From NCBI RefSeq assembly GCF_004010195.1, contig NC_057750.1, positions 3,571,320 through 3,634,942 of the forward strand: a stretch of 63,623 nt of DNA. Reading direction: 5' to 3'. Each line of letters opens with the position of its first letter. The first letter of the stretch is position 1. A program made the translations under genes and the position numbers. Below the pieces are notes generated by a model. The model worked only from the letters and a program-made list of their open reading frames with translations. It had not been told where the DNA came from and made no database searches. This document shows positions 60,617 through 63,623 of this stretch, one piece after another. Source of the stretch: Chiloscyllium plagiosum (taxonomy: Eukaryota).

Positions 60617-61829
60617 TATTAAATTAAATGCATTATATTCAATGCATTGCATAAATATAAGTTGTTGTTATTGTGATGTTGTAAAGTGGGATTCCCAGTC
60701 TGCATCTCGACATAAAATTAGCCCCCATATATGAATTTGTCTATTTGTTTAAAAACAAAATAATTCAAAAATCAATAGTAGATTTTGTCTACAAATTGTG
60801 CCAACTCTGAAGTTCTGAGGGGCCTTTCCTGATCCCCTGCTGGTGTGTGAACAAGAAATTTCCCAACACAGATATTTCACTGTAAAGTTAATAGCAAGAA
60901 AACAATTCAGGGCTACTTTCTCTGATGGTAAAGTATGGGAAAAATGTTGCCAAGTGGCACATATCAAAGACAAATAAGGCCTAAAGATGCTAACAAATGT
61001 GTTCTGCTTTGAAGTTCAAATGATTTCTTAATCAATTGTCAAAGTATAAAACAAAACTCAACACTCAAGGCATTAAATGAGTAGCTCAAACAGCTTAATA
61101 GTCTGTTTGCAATATCTGACATATATGGATACAATTCTGCCACATGCATTAGCATTTTAAATAATAATTCTAATATCAAACTAGCTACCTATGACCTGAA
61201 ATGAGACATTTGCCCCTTGGCTAACATTCCATCTTTCATCTTGAACTGTAAGTGATAACAGACAACTTCCAATTTAACTCTAGCAATTTTAAGGATACAA
61301 ATATTAAGGTTTAACGTTGCACTCCTGTTGCAGAATCCACACATCGGCTTGGCACATAGTTTGAGAACAAATGCATAAGAAATATGCATTTCTATTTATC
61401 TCTAGGTTTGCTACAATGAATTTAAATATTGCCAGATGGAATTTAAAGCTGTTCCAAATGGGTAAACAATTTATGCCACCTGCGCCCCATGGCCTAACCC
61501 ACCTTGCCCTCTGCTTAGATTTATGGGTAAGTAGGTATTTTATGACTTAGCAAAAATAGACTGATTTATTGTTAGTTTGGAGTTGAACCTTTTGCTGATC
61601 TAAGCCCACTATATTAATTGATCAATGATTCAATAATATCCCCACAAATTTTCAAAAGCTTTTTTTTCACTCTGATGCTATGAACTGTAGTCGAAAACTA
61701 CATCTATCTCAAAAATATAAAAAGCCACAGGGAAATTCCAACCATATAATTTTTTAAGATAAGATGTGTTTCTATTTGGAGAAGTTTTTAATAGAAGATA
61801 TATTTGCATTGAAGGCAATACAGTGAAGA

Positions 61830-62270
61830 TTAAGTTGATTCGTCCATGGGATGAAAGGAGTAGTCTATGATGAGAGGCTGAGTAAATTGGGTCTATATTC
61901 TCTGGAGTTGAAGAGAGGTAATTTGATTGAAACATACAAGTTTATGAAAGGGTTTGGCAGACACAGAGCTTGTTACCCCCTGGTGGAGAGCCCAGAATAT
62001 CGGGCATAGACTCAGGATAAAGGTCCAACCATTTAGGACTGATATGAGGAGAAATTTCTTCATTCAAATGGTTGTGAATCTTTGGAATTCTTGAACTGGA
62101 TTTTCCATCATGTCTATACGTGAAGCCAAGAGAAGCAGATTTATAGTATTCCAAGGCACTAAGAGATAAAGGGAGTAGGTAGGAGAATGGAGTTGAATTC
62201 AAAAAACTGCCCTTTTCATACTTGATTGATTTACAGGCCCTTTGGTCTATCACTACTTCTATATCTTATG
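61830..62270 (+). mobile_element. Old CR1 3' fragment
   Basis: ERLSKLGLYSLE, NLIETYKFMKG and RRNFFIQMVVNLWNS. Confidence 0.75.
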
Positions 62271-63147
62271 TTTTTATTAAAATATTTCCCAAAGTTGGGG
62301 CTGGTACCGCAAGTGGGACCACTAGCTAATGTTTGAGGGTTATGAGCTCTGAGGCAGTAATAGCCACCATGGTGCTCCAAATAAGTTACAGTAGGTGTGC
62401 TCCCAATTAAACATATTCGGAATTGCTGTGCCACCTTGTTCCTCATTTAGCAATTCTATTGCACCATAAAGGTAAAGATATAAAACCCTTGTTAAAAATT
62501 ATGGACTGTACAACTGGGTCCTAGCATAGTGGATGAATTATAAAAGATAATTTTACGCATTAACTCTACTAGTGCAGCGAAGTGCACTATACATTTCATT
62601 GAATTGCAGTGATAGATTCAGTTTCCAGCTTCATAGCTCTTCTCCTTAAATCTACCTCTTCAATATGCTTTTGCTCATAAAATCATAATATCTCCTTAAA
62701 TGACTGCAGCAGATTTTCCTTGGCAATGGTCCCTGAGAATCATCTTGTATCCTTTTACTAAGTCAAAGGTACGATATAAATTCAAGTTCTTTTTTTATCT
62801 GTGCATATCTTGACACATGGGAATTTATAAAAATATTCAAGATATTTAGAAAAAAAAGGTTAAGGACATGATAATGAAAGTAACTTAATCCCTATTGCTC
62901 ACTCCATTATTCAAGCCCTGTCCCAAGACTTGATCTACAACTTTCCCATTACAGTATAAGACCTTTGTCCATTTTGAATTCCATCTTCATCAGAAATCAA
63001 TCCATTTCTCTTCCTCAAATTTCAGTGGACACTAGGTGGCACTGTTTATTGGCATGATTTGGAGATGCCGGTGTTGGACTGGGGTGTACAAAGTTAAAAA
63101 TCACACAACACCAGGTTATAGTCCAACAGGTTTAATTGGAAGCACAC

Positions 63148-63176
63148 TAGCTTTCGGAGCGACGCTCCTTCATCAG
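63148..63176 (-). ncRNA. Minimal type I hammerhead ribozyme core (family 2)
   Basis: Reverse complement reads CAC-CTGATGA-A-GGAGC GTC GCTCC-GAAA-GC-TA-GTG: 3-bp helix I, 5-bp helix II, palindromic AGCU helix III, CUA cleavage triplet. Confidence 0.75.
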
Positions 63177-63178
63177 GT

Positions 63179-63462
63179 GGGCGGCACAGTGGCACAGTGG
63201 TTAGCACTTCTGCCTCACAGCGCCAGAGACCCGGGTTCAATTCCCGCCTCAGGCGACTGACTGTGTGGAGTTTGCACATTCTCCCCGTGTCTGCGTGGGT
63301 TTCCTCTGGGTGCTCCGGTTTCCTCCCACAGTCCAAAGATATGCAGGTAAGGTGAATTGGTCATGCTAAATTGCCCATAGTGTTAGGTAAGGGGTAAATG
63401 TAGGGGTATGGGTGGGCTGCGCTTCGGCGGGTCGGTGTGGATGTAATGTAATAATGTAAAAA
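63179..63462 (+). mobile_element. HE1-type SINE with a deletion in its 3' tail
   Basis: Intact head and V-domain; GGTCGGTGTGGA joins TGTAATGTAAT directly. Confidence 0.9.
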
Positions 63463-63623
63463 ATGACAGTGGAGGGCTCAATGCTAACGCAGAATTTATA
63501 GCAAAAATTTACAGTGTGATGTAACTGAAATTATGCATTGAAAAATTGATTGTCTGTTAAGTCTTTCATCTGTTAGAATACAGTGATAGTTTCACTTCTT
63601 TCATGTGTAAATCACAAAACCTT

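Larger units (their letters stand above)
63053..63623 (-). mobile_element. Penelope-like element 3' end (family 2), interrupted by HE1, runs off the window
   Basis: 63053-63178 is homologous to the arms of 42765-42983; the presumed element body resumes at ~63463. Confidence 0.78.

Noticed and set aside
59852..60652. 266-aa ORF as a host gene
   Set aside because: It is a CR1 RT C-terminus with read-through into flanking DNA.

Overview
Repeat-dense eukaryotic DNA, almost certainly from an elasmobranch (shark) genome, inferred from HE1-type V-SINEs, HER1/CR1 LINEs and Deu-domain SINE relics. I found no intact host protein-coding gene, rRNA, tRNA or CRISPR array; the ORFs I could assign are transposon-derived, antisense to transposons, or span the 500-N gap (54045-54544). 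Main contents: (1) a decayed Ty3/gypsy provirus (9449-16143) with both LTRs, a CAAG target duplication, a tRNA-Pro-like PBS and a PPT, in the Gmr1-like integrase-before-RT order, with a SCAN-related gag and three nested insertions; (2) about 20 CR1/HER1 and L2 LINE fragments and 9 HE1 SINEs; (3) 12 Penelope-like (PLE) insertions from three families carrying minimal hammerhead ribozyme motifs, four with intact cores, many being short fold-back elements with 11-16 bp target duplications, including a perfect 86-bp inverted repeat; (4) heavily decayed PIF/Harbinger relics (a HARBI1-type transposase and intron-containing Myb/SANT genes); (5) a non-autonomous LINE-tailed element with a 49-bp minisatellite. 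The hammerhead-bearing fold-back mini-PLEs are the most interesting system. All calls were made by eye without database searches, and boundaries of old repeats are approximate.
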